Shown here one piece after another: positions 35,882 to 50,066 of a stretch of 64,000 bases of DNA; position 1 is the first letter of the stretch; each line of letters starts with the position of its first letter. The notes beneath the pieces were generated by a model. The model did not search any database and had not been told where the DNA came from. It saw nothing but the letters and a program-made list of their open reading frames with translations. Source of the stretch: Takakia lepidozioides. Its lineage: Eukaryota; Plantae; Bryophyta. Where the stretch lies: contig CM060734.1 in the NCBI GenBank assembly GCA_030704615.1, positions 45,508,001-45,572,000 on the forward strand, written 5' to 3'. The position numbers and the translations under genes were made by a program.

Positions 35882-38528
35882 CCGCTCAAACTGGGCGCGG
35901 GGTCAATGGCCACAAGGCTACGGCAAACAACGTCTTATGAGTACATTCTCTCTCTCTCTCTCTCTCACTTCAGTTCCGCTCAAACTGAGTGCGGGGTCAA
36001 CGGCCATAACACTATGGCAAACAATGTCTTAGAGTACATGCTCTCTCACTTCATTATAAAATACGCAGAGTAGAAGTGAAAACTGACAGAGAGCCAGAGA
36101 AATTTCGACACTTGTTTGATGGTGGGGGCTGTGTAGAAGAGTGACTGACCCTCCTCATATCGTCCAAAGTCTGCAGCTGCTCCAGCAATTTATTGCGGTG
36201 TGGGTTGAGAGGAGGTGCACTTGAAATCTTTTTCTTTCTTGCTGCTGTACTGGCCACGCTTCTCTCCTGCAAATTATGTAGCTCTGTCAGGCTTATTGAA
36301 CAACAGAACAAGTTCAAGCCTGCAATGAATTGGGAATTGGGAATTGTGACCTCTCTGCACTCTTCCATGAGAAAGAGTACAATGTGTGCTCAATTGATTT
36401 AAAGAGGCATGGCAGTGACATAATCAAGTTTGCATTAATGGCTGGTTGCATCAAGATGCATATCCTGAAAAAAGAAGCCCTGTGACTACAACGCTTCAGT
36501 TACCAGCACTGCAGGAAACCTTCTCAGCCAGGACCAGAGGTAGCTTCTATTATCTGCTGCAGTAGCAAAGAATGGACACAGTAAACAAACGTGATGGCTG
36601 AGAAGAGTTGAAAGTTAGATCTGTCTTCAACTCCATGAGATACTCATATCCAACAAGTCAAACACTACTGTACAGGAGGCCTATGTGCTTCTAAAGGGGT
36701 AACAGATCTTTCAGAAGTTGCATAGACTCACTAGAGTATGGAGTTACGGTCAACCAACTTCAAGAATAATGTGGCCCAGGTCCCCCATACAATATAGATC
36801 AGAATCTGACTACGACGCCGATTACACACATACGGATTTCCATTTTTCCATTAAGAAAATTAAATGGTAACTTGCCTCAACTTTGAGGCGTTTTGAGGAG
36901 GGCTTCTTAGAGGCCTGCTCGACCACTTCCTCTTCTTCGTTCTCCTGCTCCTCTCCCTTCAGTGCCTGGAGACCGACGACTTCTTTTCCCTTCGGCACAC
37001 CAGATTTCGCACCGTCATCCTCGGTGCTTTTGACGCTGGGCGATTCCTCCTTCCCCTCACCCTCTACCTTTTCGTCTCCCACTTTGACGCCGAGACTTTT
37101 TTGACGTTTCCCAGATCTCTTGGCCTCATCTTCACCCCCAACCTCTATCTCGGCTCCTACTTTCGCACTGGATTCTCCTTGACGTTTTAAGGATATCTGA
37201 TCCTCATCTTCCGCACCGTGTTCTTCTTTTCCCCCACCCTCGACCTCTTCGTCTCCCACTTTCGCACCGGATCCTTCCAGTTTTATGTCGGATCTCTGGG
37301 ACTCCCCTTCTCCCCTCCTGTCCCCACCATCTTCATCTCCACACTCTACCTCTTTGTCTTCCACTTTGGCATCGGACCCTGCCTGCTTTTGGCCGGTTAT
37401 CTCGGGCTCCTCTTCACCCTTCCCGTCCTCACCATGTCCGCCATCCCCCTCTTCACTGCAAAGTGGCGCCTTCCCATTAACAACGTTCGTGGCGGATGGT
37501 TTATCCTCCCCACCTTGTACCTTTTCGGATGGTACCTCTGCATCAGAAGCCTCAAGTTTCCTCTTGTTATCCACCTTATCGCCTCCCACTTCCTCGACAC
37601 CCTGCACGGGTCTGCCATATACAGGGACCAATATTCTTAAGTTCGATTCAAGAGGGAAGAGATATGTTACTCCTCATCAGACAATCCCAGTCAATAGATG
37701 TCTACAGATTACTCAGTCATAGATCCATGACAAGCTTAATAAAACCACTACGAGCGATCAATGATCGGTATCCTCAAATCATCACCGAGAAGTCAACCAT
37801 CAGTTTTAGAAGAATGAACAAACAAATCTCCTCAACGTTGTCCATCCTTGACAGGTCTCCACATCCACATGTTACTACAGAAACTTGTGTCACATGCTGG
37901 GGCAACAACTACATTTGTCCAGTTCTTTCATCCAGCTTCAAATGGTGGCTACTAGTTCTTCAAGAAGGACACCATGGCAGAATGCGTGCTTGTACTTACG
38001 CTTCTTCAGATGATGCATTGATCAGCACCAGGTAAGGTCTACTGTCATGCGTTCTCAGCGAAAGAGCTACCAAGACAATATGATTTATTTTACCTTCAGA
38101 TGGTGCTCCGATCAGCACAGTAAGTAGTTGCAATGCGTTCAAGAGCTACCAAGACAATCTGATAGTGCCAGGTGACTGAATATAAGATACTAAAACAGTC
38201 AAATCCAGTTGTCAACCTCTGCAAATCCAGCAGTAATTTGACACTGGAGAGATGTACACATCGTCGCCGTCACGATTATCTACAACAACTTGTCACTATA
38301 AAGGTCCAGCCTTCCTTATTCATGGCCAATTTAAGAGCACCTACAACAGAGGGACGACCCGTCTCCGCACGAAGAGAGAGAGAAAGAGAGACATAGACAG
38401 TATTTATAACATCTACAAGGCGCCTGAGGAACAAAGTCAGCAGAAAGCGACCTTGAGGTGTCTTCCTCAACCTCTTTCTGCTCCACCGTTGAGACTAAAT
38501 CATGCTGAATAGCATTCTCGGTCGCCAT
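32876..38528 (-). CDS. Multi-exon gene: acidic low-complexity N-terminus plus conserved uncharacterised domain (DPxGWFQWxCRYYLGRR family)
   Basis: Exons near 38528-38452, 37635-36876 (GC donor), 36267-36150, 35160-34937, 34515-34423, 34061-34007, 33348-33258 and 32948-32876. They encode FTPKFSPREMLALGIFDG...ELPKEWY...GWIPKKDPHGWFQWFCRYYLGRRLEPDDEYQMSRWRQMRKHAGQ...PGDLSCRAKQRQTLLNFSHD. One small junction is unresolved. Confidence 0.75.
35832..36045 (+). mobile_element. Two ~65-70-bp LINE 3'-end stubs embedded in (CT)n microsatellite
   Basis: 35882-35945 is nearly identical to the LINE 3' end 21501-21565; a second diverged copy lies at 35976-36037. (CT)n occurs before, between and after. Confidence 0.9.
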
Positions 38529-39679
38529 GTCACTCCTCTTCCTCCCCCTACGCCCTTCCCTCTGTCACACTCACCTTCGCTTCCCCTCAGCCCCTCTGGC
38601 ATCAACGCCAAACCGTTCGAACTAGATCTAAATTGCTGCAATCCAAATCTCAACTCCTCAACAATCGTGTGTTGCAGCACTTTACGCAACACTGCATCAG
38701 CAAACTTCGCACGTTCAATCTTCCCGACTCCAATTCCTCGTCCTGAACCGCTCCAACCGAAAGAGGCAAGACCGGTATAAAAAAAGCGGGCCCCACACTC
38801 AATCCTTCCCTATTTCTCTTCAAGTTTTCAGTTCCTCTTCCCCATCCCCGACCGACTCAAATCTATCCATACTACAACGGTGTATGCCTCCATCTCCGTC
38901 CTGCAAATCTCTCGCAAAGCTTCCAATTCTGTCAAAGATCTGGTTGCAAGGAGGCGCCCGTTGTGCGCACCACGGCCCAGGTGGCCTAGTGCGCTGGGCA
39001 CACCACCGCACGTGCCATCTCCCCAGTGCGCCACGTACGTGCGTCGCAGCCGTCGATGCCACCTACCACACTGAAGCGACCAGTGACCTATTTTTCTAAA
39101 TAACAATTTATTTAAAAAAATTTAAAGGAACCGACAGGGGACAGACTCTGTTTCGCACTTTTTCGACCTCAAAAAACAAATAGAATATTCCGTCGTAAAT
39201 TCTCTATTTTCTCATGGATGAAATCGCCAAAATTCTCGAAAAAACATAAACTGAGGATGAATTCGCTAATATGGATGATATATATGAATGAAAATACAAA
39301 GGAGGATGATTCTGTCCAAATTTCAGTAGATGAACAGAAAAAATGGCTATTTCCTCCAAAACTCAGTAGCCACTCCTGAAAGACATACAAAGATTTTAAT
39401 AAAATATGAGGAATTTTCTTTTTCTAAATTATTTTCTTTATATGAATATAGACTTGTTCTCATCTTCTCCCACCTTTCTGGTGTCTTCTTCGAACGAACC
39501 TCGGAGCTATCTTATGAACTTGTTCGATTTCTTTCTTCCCTGTCAACGTCCATATGAACAGTTTGGTATAGAGGGAGATTCTGACTCATGTCAGCGAGAA
39601 GATAAATGCTTTATTTCAGCAACAATGCTGGACGTTGGCTAGAGTACAAAATTGGCAGATTAGGGCTATGAAGAATTGG

Positions 39680-42600
39680 TCACAGTTGGAGGTTGGTCAG
39701 TTGTGCTGTGTACAGGCCTCCGTTATACTTGAGCTCCTTTATCACAGCATGTCCAAGACCTGATGGTTCAGCAAACCCATACATGGACAAAGAATCGCTG
39801 GCTTCTGCTCTGGTTTGAGTTTTGCCAGCTACATTTCCAGCTTGCTTTGAGTTGGTGAGATCCTTGGTAAAATGGTGAGAACTGCTGGGGTGGTTTGGCT
39901 CGTGCACAGATCCCTGGGCAATGTTGAGGCCCTCTGTCAGTGGCTCTGTCAGAAAGCTGAAGAAGAGCAAACGAGTGAGAAAAGTTAAAAGTCAGAAACA
40001 TTAGGCAGAGCAATGCAAAACTGATTGTATGCAGAAGGAAACCAAGAGGATGTAGTACAACTTCAGAAGGTTTTTGAAGAAAATGATTGAAGATACCTAC
40101 CGTGTTTCAAACCCTGCCTGCTGGCTCTTCTGAAGCACTCCACACAATTTTTTGGTAACCCAGGGTGCTAAAAGATTTCCCTTCAGTTCCATGCTGTATG
40201 TTTTGCACAGAGCTGGTTCTGAAGAGGGCTTTGAGGCCAGAGTCTGCTTATCACGGAGCAGCTCCTGAGATGCACGCTTGGCAGGGGCATCAACTCGCTG
40301 CATTTCTTTGCAGGTTACCTGTGCACGAGGTCAATCTTAGAAGTACAAATTTCCCATCAGATGGAATGATGTTAAAGATGCCACAAAAGTTAAGTCAGAT
40401 TTCAAAACGTCACTGATATTGGGACTCTGGATGGTCACATGAGCATCACCATTTCTGCGGCCTGCCGCTGCTGGGTGCTCCAACCGGAATGACTTCAAAT
40501 TAGAAATGTTTATGGAGCTGGGGTCAATTCGTCAATTTCCTCAGATTATTCTATCCAGTTCAGACCTTTAGCCCAACCCTTTGCAACAAAGCCAAGTGCA
40601 GACCCCCATCATTCCAAATATTGTGGGCAAAGATTGACACCCCTCCCACTTGATTTTGAGGCAGTCTTCAGGGTCATCATCTTCCTTCCCTCTATATCTG
40701 TCATGAATAGACATTTATGCTAATTGATCACAGATACCTTTCTGAAACTTCTCAATGAATGCCCTTGGACACCATTTGACGACTCGTGTCCATCATCAAT
40801 CTTAAATACTGATGACATCCCCATTCACTAGGGTACATACAGGAAAAAAGGAATACCTCAGGTATGGTCAATGAGGCATGTTGGAATGGTACTGGCGCAT
40901 ATAGGACAGGAGCATCTGCATCAGCTGTATAATGGAGAAGGGATCTGGCCCACTCAACCAACAAGCTCAACCAGTTTCAGCCATTCTGATCCACAAAACA
41001 AACAAGTTTGCAACCCTAACACTTAGCCTGCAAGCAACAGGGTCTATCTTTGGTGTATATTACTCCTCTTTTCTGCCAGAAACCTGTAAATGTGGACTCT
41101 GATGTGCTGCTAGTAACTACCAGGTTTTTTCTCATCACACGGGGAACTATTCAAGAGCACCTGTGATTGAGAAGAAAGTCTAAAGACCAATGCACATTGG
41201 CCATGCCCTCAATATAGAATGTGCAATTTGATTTGCTGCTGTGACTTAACGTCAAAAATATCACAACTAAACTCGTCAGCTTCAACCCCAAATCAAATGA
41301 ACTACCAGGTTATTATTATCACACAGGCAGTAATCAAGAGCACCTGTGATTGAGAAGAAAGTCATAGAGACGATGCACATTGGAGATGCCCTCAACACAC
41401 ACCAGAGATTGAGGACTGCCATCTACAGCTGCTCTTTCATCCACCAGTCTTGTCTGCCTCCAAACATGTAGGGAGACCGTCAGCCTCTGAATCGTTCATC
41501 CTAGTTGTCTTCATAAAACCCCACATTATCAGTCTATCAACAGATCACCCACTGTACTTTGTCTCTCCCCTGCTCATCAATTAGTGAATGCCAGCAGAGA
41601 GCACTAACAGGCTGAATAACTCAAAGATTAGCTTCATGAAAACAATGCCTTAAAATGCAGCCTGTAATATGTGCATCCATTCAAGTCCATGAATCCATCT
41701 GCTCATATCACTAAAGTTGCTACGGACTAACCTGGCCAGGATGAGATTTTTCAAACTCTGTCAAATCTCGCAGGTCCTCCAGATTAGTTGTTGGGGCCAC
41801 AGAGATACAAAAAGGCATTGAGAAAGAAATATCCTGCATCACGGTAGTCGAATGTTCAATTCACAAGTGAGGGGAAACACAGATGGCTGGAGAGACTGAC
41901 TAGTCAGCCAAACATGGCCAGCTCCCAGAATTACCTGTACTGAAAACACAAACTAGGGTGCTTTTGAAACCTCATTCTCCATATTTATGCATGTACACAC
42001 AAACACACACAGAAAAAAAAGAAGCAACTCATTTTAGACATGGGAGCACGAAGGCCCCATGGGATGATCCAGTAGCACCACTTCAACTTTAGCACCCAAA
42101 TGTTGCACAAGAACACACAATGCTGGGACTGCCCTCCGGTGTTGGACCCAGCCACATGGAAAGACTAGGGGTTCCCCCACCCGGGTTGACACCAGGTTTA
42201 CATGTAAAGAACTCTGGGCATAACTGGAGGCTTTTGCTAGGGACAAGATCTCCATAGGACATCCTGAGGTCCAATGGTCACCAAGTAAAGCACAACCACA
42301 GAAACCAGAGAGCAACCCAATGCTGAAGAGCTCCACAAAGTAGGCCTGCTCTGCAAAGAGAAATGAAATGAAAGGAAATGGTACTTTATAAGGTCCGCGG
42401 AAAGAGAAAGAAAGGAGAAAAAGAAGTTCAAGGACTCAATGCACACAAGTAGAACAAGAAAGAGTCACAGAACACAGAAACATGTAGCACAAAGGTGGAA
42501 TATACTCAGTGATCATCCCTGAAGATGTTGGCCATGACATGGCCTTGAGGGCATACTCCTAGTCAGCTGAAAAATATGACTCAAGGTGGGATTTACTGTG

Positions 42601-45600
42601 GTGCTCTTGCACAGAGTGTCAATTTGGTTAAAGGGAAGCAAGTACTAGGCAATGACCACCCACATTGACCTCGTAGCAGAAAGTAAGAGGTCATTCTGGC
42701 ACTGTTGTAACCCTCTACCTGAAAAAAAGGAGTCAGAAATCCAGGAGAGAAATGAGAAAATTTATAAGATCCACAGGGGAGGATTATGATGTCCGTGGGA
42801 GGCCTAAAGGCCCAAGGGACGAGTAAAGCAGCGCAGTAGAAGCACATAAGCAAAAAGCAGCTCAAATCCCAAGTGTTGCACGAAGGCAGAGTGCCTCAAT
42901 GCAGGTAAGCCACCCAGCATACCAGATCCTCAGGCCTGTTCCAAGAGAGACAGATTCTTACTTGTTCACAGAGGAGGTGTCGCAGACCACGAGTTGATCT
43001 GGTGATGTAGGCACTGGAAGCTTCCAGGCTTCTTCCTCCCACCGCTCCCCCAACAAACATTGCAACAAATTGGGGTGCACAAACTGCAAGAGCCAATCCC
43101 AAATGAGATTCACTGAATACAATTCATAGTGACATGAACCAATGCCACATTGAAGTCATAATCCGACTTGACATTTGGTGACAAGTCATAGAGGTAGTTA
43201 TGCATCAAACTCCCAAACTCAATAGTCTAAAATGCCAAGAAATATGGCTGCTATCCAGTTGAACTCCTGGAAATGGAAACAGGAGACGTGCTTATGTGGT
43301 ATGGATGTTTTAAGCTCTTTAGCTCCAAGTCCAATTGCACAAGCCTTTGGGGATTGGCTATGAAAAGTCTCAGCCGATGATGGGGTGCAACATGTTCATC
43401 ATGTCATCATCATACAATTGGGGTTCATCAACTCCAATGTGTGGGCCTGCCCTTTGGGACACAGGTCAAAAATGACGTAGGTACCAAAGGCTATCATACA
43501 CTTGGAGGGGCAGAATCCAGTCCATTTCCAGCTATACATTCTCAGTGCAAAGCACATGAAGTGTACATTCAAAGGGCCAGTGTTATCAATGTCATCAATC
43601 AATACATGGCTTAAAGTTTGATGCCCAAGGGAACCCAGATGCTTACAGTAAAATAAAGTGCACTTTTGATACCGGAACATGTAATAAAGAGAGCGAAATG
43701 CATCTTCCCACATGCGATTCCTTTTTGACAGGAACGAACTTTCTGGAGAAAGAACAACCAATCTTAGCCTCACAACCAATAGACCACAACTTTTGAGAAT
43801 GAAATAAATAATTTTGGCAGGCAAACTAAATAGAGATAACCTGGTGAAGAAACTGAGAGGCAAATCACTTGAAACCATTAACAGAATTATGGCAGTGACA
43901 ATCTGACCTTGGAGAAGGCAAGAGTTTACCAGGCTCCCCTCCCCGTGCAGAAGCATCTGCAATTGCAGACAGCACTGAGGGAGGCAAAGAAGTATGTGGG
44001 TGAACCCACGAGTGCAATGCTTGCCAGAAGTTTGCATCTCTCTTTTCTTTCTCTCCATTCTTGTCCAGAGTTCCCACCATCTCCACTGTTTCTTCCTCCC
44101 AGCTGGCTATTCCTAGGGAGTCAGTAAATTTTCGCAAACCTTTGCATTGGGCGTTTGAGCTTGGTCTATGGCACCTGCAGTGGAAGGCAGACTTTAATGA
44201 ATCCGAAAGTCTGTGAAGACTGACAACATTCCAAGATGGCCAGGAACACACACATAAACACATCTAACTTGTAGGCTAAAATAACAGTAACATATAGAGA
44301 GAAGGTCCTCGAAACACCCAACTGAAATACGCCATGTCAAATGTTGGTCTTAATTGCCAAAATGATCTGAAACCCTGCGCACTAAGCTATGCAAGAGGTT
44401 GTACAAACATGATTTTCTTTCATGTAACTGCTGGATGGGTTGTGACATGACTACCATCTGGAAATGGCAAATTTCTCAACCCCAGACTTGATCACCCACT
44501 GCAATGACCTAGAGGGAAGATGTGAAAGCACATCTTACCAATGAAGCGTGTCCAAAGATGAGAATCGAGCACTGGTCTTCAGGCTAAGGTCCAGTGGTGC
44601 AAAGTTCCCTTTAAATGAAATCCAGGCAGAGGACTGCTCATTGCTTGTAGGAGCATAGGGTGCTAGCGAAGGAACTTTGGCAAGAGGGTTAGTTTGTGGT
44701 GCACCACCGGAATCTGCCAGTAACAACATTCCATTGGTTCCAGAGCTGTGCACGTTTGAGGTGAGAGGAGGACCCATGTTTGGGTTGAAAGGCCCCAAGG
44801 CCTTGCGGTGTGCCAATTTCTTCAAAGCTTCCGCCTGGAGTGCAAAACCCAGAACAGGAGTGAACAATGATTTGTTAGACATCCGATCACTTCTCAGACT
44901 GTGGAGGTAGCGAAACTATGGAAACTGACAACATTAGGTGCTGACAGCACTCCATCTGTAACAAAGTAGATCTTGAAAATTCAAAAGCCCCCAGACAGAA
45001 ACAGCATAAAGAAGTATGGAGTCTCAGACCATATTTATGCCAGGCTCCACTGATTTGGGTTGGCCTTGACAGGAGATTTCTTTGACATCCCGGAAAATGC
45101 AAAAGCGCAGTGCTCCATTCCCACCTGCACTGGTATCCTCTTGGCTTCTTCCCGTTGGAACCTTTGCTGCAATGGTGGAGGAAAGGGCTGTTCTTTTCCT
45201 CCTGATTAGCAACCAAGATATGCAGTAAGTTAACGCATATTAGACAGTTACAGGGAAGAATCCGAATGAGGACCCCTGTTGCATAGGGTCAGACCTAGGA
45301 CCACATCCTTTGAAAATGTGAAGGTGAACCAAAAACTCCTTCACTTACGGTGGTGCTCCCTATACAGGATATTCTCCTTCAACAAGAGACCATCAGTCTA
45401 TATAACTGACAGAAAACTGACCAATTTGAAGTGGCAGGATTTTGATCTTGACTTGCCTCCAGTGGAGAGATTCGCTGCTGGTCCTGGATAAGAAACCAAA
45501 ATACTTGAGCAATGTACAGAAAATGCATGAGAGGTCTGCAATATCATACCTATTCTTTTCAGATCCATAACAGCTGTTTTTGAAGCATTCATATCCATCT

Positions 45601-46442
45601 TAATTTGCCATTGTCATGGTGCTTCCAGACACAAGGACACTTGAGGATGAGCCGACACAGCAATTGGCTAATGCAGTTCGCAATAGCAATGACATAGGGC
45701 ATCCCATTGACTGAAAAGTTACGTTATAGCAAGTTAAGGACAGAGCCAAGTTTCCAGTGAGCACACTCATATAAACTAGGCGATACTATATGACTTCCAC
45801 AATGATTTACAGTAGTAAGACGGCCAAGCGCACGTTACCTTGTCTTTACTGTCACGTAATGGGTGAAACCGCAGCCCTTCTCCAGGCTTAACGGGTGGAT
45901 AGCTGTCTGCACAACGAGTATCACCAAGCGAACATGGAGGGGCCGCCGGTTGACCATTTTCAGCGCTGTCTGGAGTTCTGCCAAACGTCACACCAGAAGA
46001 ACTTAAGCTTACTGAGCTGTGAAAAGGCTATGTTAATCTTTGGCACAGTACTGCATGGGTAGATTCTGTGTGCAAAGAACTAGTCAAACAGGTTGAAAGT
46101 GAGTGAAACCAACCCCTGAGAGTTGGGGGATTCGTGTGCCCCTCGTTCTTGTGATGTCTGGTGGCGCTTCACCTGCTCCCGCTGCAAGAACCCACAATCC
46201 CCCTCAGATTTTTTCTAAGAAAAAACCCAGACTTTATGCCAAAAAAAAGAGAGCATGAACTTGGGGATGTTCCACAATACTGTTTGACCAAATCAAGACT
46301 CAGAAAAATGTCAACAAATTGCACGGGCATGGAGAAAGGAGGAAAGTACCCGGAGCTCAGTAATACTTTTCCTTTTGCCAAGAGGAGCTGACATGGCCTT
46401 CGAGGAGGGAGGTAAGCTTAAATTAGCAGATGGAGGCATCAT
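39680..46442 (-). CDS. DONSON: Protein downstream neighbor of Son homolog (replisome factor), multi-exon
   Basis: Exons encode KRKSITELR/REQVKR, PLDLSLKTSARFSS, QALHSWVHPHTSLP, WEDAFRSLYYMFR, AYITRSTRGLRHLL, VDGSPQSLV..EG..NVH.LYDFLLN, DAPVLYAPVPFQHASL and YSMELKG..LAPW. Start codon uncertain. Confidence 0.88.
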
Positions 46443-47978
46443 ACACGCATCGAATTCGACATAGCTACCAGCTATCCAAACCGTGGTGTGGAAGTACTCA
46501 GCACAGCATGTCAACTTCTTGTTCGACAGAGAGACGTGCGAATCTTCTATGGACATGCAAATTAACACCTACCTTTTTCTGCATTTTTTCTGGACTCTGG
46601 AGACACTACTCGAGGATGGAATCAGGGTTTTCCTGGTACAGGAAAAAGCAGACACTGTGTCAGTGTGCAGTATTTAAGCACTTGTGCACTTATACACAAC
46701 TCCTTCATTCCGTCCGTCTGCCTCTCCTCCAACTACGCCTTCTATACACTAGAGACACATGCCAGCAGTATTCCTACTCACCAAAGATTCAGAGAACTAC
46801 AACAGGGCAGTAACCATGAAGACATAGCGGACTCTGGTGCTACACAAACTGAAATGGACTGCGCTGAAAGCAAGGCGGTGAGCAGCAATCTGCCGACTGT
46901 CGATCAGCATCCACAGACCCGCATCGCTGGGCTGCATCCTAATTTGCGGGGAAGACGAGGAAAGACCAAGGAATTCAAATCCCGCCATAACACCGACACG
47001 TGTCCGTCACTTGTGTTTGAATTGATCAAGAAAACGTGCACAGCTGTTCGGAAGGCACAGACAGGAAACGCAAATCGCTTGAGAGCATTAACTTGTGGCC
47101 ATGGCTGTCAATGCTTCGATTGTGATGGATTCTTCAAAGAAATGTGTGTGAGGGCATGCTTGCAACAGATGTGGGACGGGCCAACGGAAAGCTTCTACGC
47201 AAGTTCATGGCCGTTTTTTCAGCTCTTCTTCGTACTTAAGACCTCATAGAGGTCTGTAGGGGAAAGATCCAAGTATCTTCATTTGAGTTTTGTAATCGTG
47301 AGGTTTTCTGGGGCGAGATTGATCTTGAGAAGATAGCCTTCGCCAGAGTACACAAATGAAGAGAGAACAAGCATCTACCTCTACCTCCACTGGCTCATTA
47401 CTACTACAAAATCTTTGTGCAAGAAGCTGGGCTTTTGATCCCCAGATTTCTTTCGAGCACTATTTGGAGAACCACCCAACGGTCAAGACCCTAATTGCAT
47501 TATCTGGAACTTGAGGACCTTGAGAGAGTAGTGTTGTAGAGAGTCATTTTCATGATATAAAGATGTGCACACTTTTGCGGTGTTTAAAAAAATGAAGAGG
47601 AATAACTCTAACGTTACCTCCAACTAGTATTCCCATGACCAGGTATGAGCACTTAAATTGCAGGCACCTTACAGCCAGAGGGTTTGTCCTCAATCAAGCT
47701 TTGACCTATCATTGGTTGATTTTATGTATGACACTATGGAGTCCTCCAGAACTGGGTGTTCTTCTCTGCTGTAGCTTTGTTAACTGAACTAGCCAAATGA
47801 GGGTTTATAGTCGGAGCAGCCAGCAGGTCGCACGACCCGGCCTATCTATTGTACACTTGGGAAATAGAGCACTTCTGCTGAAGTACAGCGAAACCAACTA
47901 AATCTGGAAGCGAGCTCACAAGACAGAGGAGATGCTAGGACAAGCAAGCGACATTAGCCACAGAAACGACATGAAAGA

Positions 47979-49838
47979 CTAGTCTTGCTCCATGCCATCT
48001 TCAGCAGCAGCTTGTCGAAGCCTCTCTTCCTCTTCTGTGAACCACAGTGGCAACACACCACATGCTTTAGTTCATGCTTACACATATGCATGCACAACCA
48101 TTCTGACAACCTTTCTCATCTGACTTGAAAAGCACATAACCTGAAACCAGTTCTCTGAACATGTCAAAAGAGGTACAATACATACGCATAAGCTCAATGA
48201 TTGTGCGTTGTGTGCGCCGCTCTAGTTTCTCCAGCTTCTTAGCAACATCTCTTCGAAGATCCCAATTTGGCTTTTTGGGTGCGATGCTCACTATTGGGTC
48301 CTGCACCTACATAATCCCCAATGCAAGGCGAGTCAACTTCGATTTCTATTTTGAGCAGCTGTATGGATCAACATAGCAACTATCAATTCTCAAGGATGGC
48401 AAACTTTGCACATATAGCAGAGAAGTATCAGTTAACCATTTGGTTAACTGGTTCACATGGTTAGAGAACCACATCTTCAGCTTTGACCAGCTTGAAGTAA
48501 AGGAGGAGAAAAGCAGAGACATACAGAAGGAACAGTGCAACCTGTCAAACCTGAAGAACGTATGCAGGCAGATCCCCGAGTTCACATACGCTCAAACATG
48601 ACAGGCCTCTTCAAGAGGAAGTGATTCCTTACCTCGGTTCCATTGTTCTCCAGGCCTGCTTTAACTACGGGGTCCTCAAACTTCGGCAGCACAGGGGGTG
48701 GGCGCTTATTCTGCTGGAGCTGCTGATCGCGTGGAAAATAATTTCGGAATTTCATATCCTGTTCTTCTCTGCTACCCAAGTCCACCTTTCAGATGTCAGC
48801 CAAGGAAACCCCTTAAAATCAAGCTTAGTAAACTACTCACCGCCCACCAAAACCTCCAACGACCTGAAAACTCTACCCAAAGTTGGAACTCAGTCTAGCT
48901 CGGCAACCATAAAAAGTACTCTCTCATCCCTTCGAAAATCCAACCACTCCTCCCTCAACCCTTCAATTGCACAGCATATTCCCGGTCATATTTTCAGGTC
49001 TTCAAAATTCACCTCCTAATCTCCATTAGCAAGCCAATCAAATCCAAACAACCCAGTGGAATTACACGCCAACATGAATTGCAGGTACTAAGACAATTGC
49101 AATGTGGATGAACTCGCTGACACCATGAAGCACTAGAAGAGCCAATCGCATAGATATAATCTTTCCCATAGCATCCCCAATGCCTCAGTTTCGGATCTAC
49201 TAGCTTGGATTAGGGTTCTACATTGCTCAGATTATCTCTGCGCACACCCTAACGAGAATCCAGGTGCAACGTGGGAAGGTGGCCAATGGTCTGGTCATGG
49301 TGAAAGAGTGTGGGAAAGGGGGGGGGGGAGAGGTGGGGGCTTGGGGCTGGAGGAGGTCGACGGTGGTGGTGGGGGTGGGTGGGTGTCCTGGAGATTCAAC
49401 AGGTTACTGATATAAACTATTGAGCCTGAACTCACATCGAATGTAAAGAAGTGATTTCAGAGATGGAAAACAAACGCACCAGGACAAAACATGAAGGATA
49501 GTCACGCGGAATACATACTGAGATACTCCACTTCTACCGAAAGAAACAATGACGAGACAAATGTGACATTTCCTTCAGATTCATTGCAATTCATTGCAAC
49601 TACTGAGGTTAAGGAATGCTAAGCTATTACACGACTTCCCAACTTCATATTCGCAGACTGAAAGGCATGCATCACCGCCCTGGAAAAAAAGAAAGAGAGC
49701 TTACACGTCCACGTCAGGCTCGGGAGCAGGTTCTTGCTCAAGGGCGGCTTGCTCATCGGTTGATGAAAGCTCGGCTGCAGCACGCAGAGCGCGCAGCCGC
49801 TCCCTCCGCTCCGCCACGGCATCTGACTCAGCTGCCAT
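47979..49838 (-). CDS. CCDC12: Pre-mRNA splicing factor Cwf18 / coiled-coil domain-containing protein 12, 4 exons
   Basis: ERRERLRALR, MKFRNYFPRD, IAPKKPNWDLRRDVAKKLEKLERRTQR; GT-AG introns. Confidence 0.93.
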
Positions 49839-49992
49839 GACAACTCTCTGTGTCTCTCGGGGAGGGAATAGTATAAATGAAAGGCTCAGAAAGAAGTGGC
49901 ATAGAGAACCCTCCACTAAAAGGCGTGATCTGACATGAAAGACAGGAACCCACAAAGACTGTTTTCATCCACACAAGTGTTTTCCCTGCGCC

Positions 49993-50006
49993 AAACCCTA
50001 AACCCT
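49993..50006 (+). promoter_or_regulatory. Telo-box (AAACCCTA) in a short divergent promoter
   Basis: AAACCCTAAACCCT lies between the ATGs at 49838 (-) and ~50067 (+). Confidence 0.5.
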
Positions 50007-50066
50007 GCGTGCACAGCGAGAGATTCTTAGAGAGACAGAGTGGGTACAATTTGGCGTTGGGCTATC

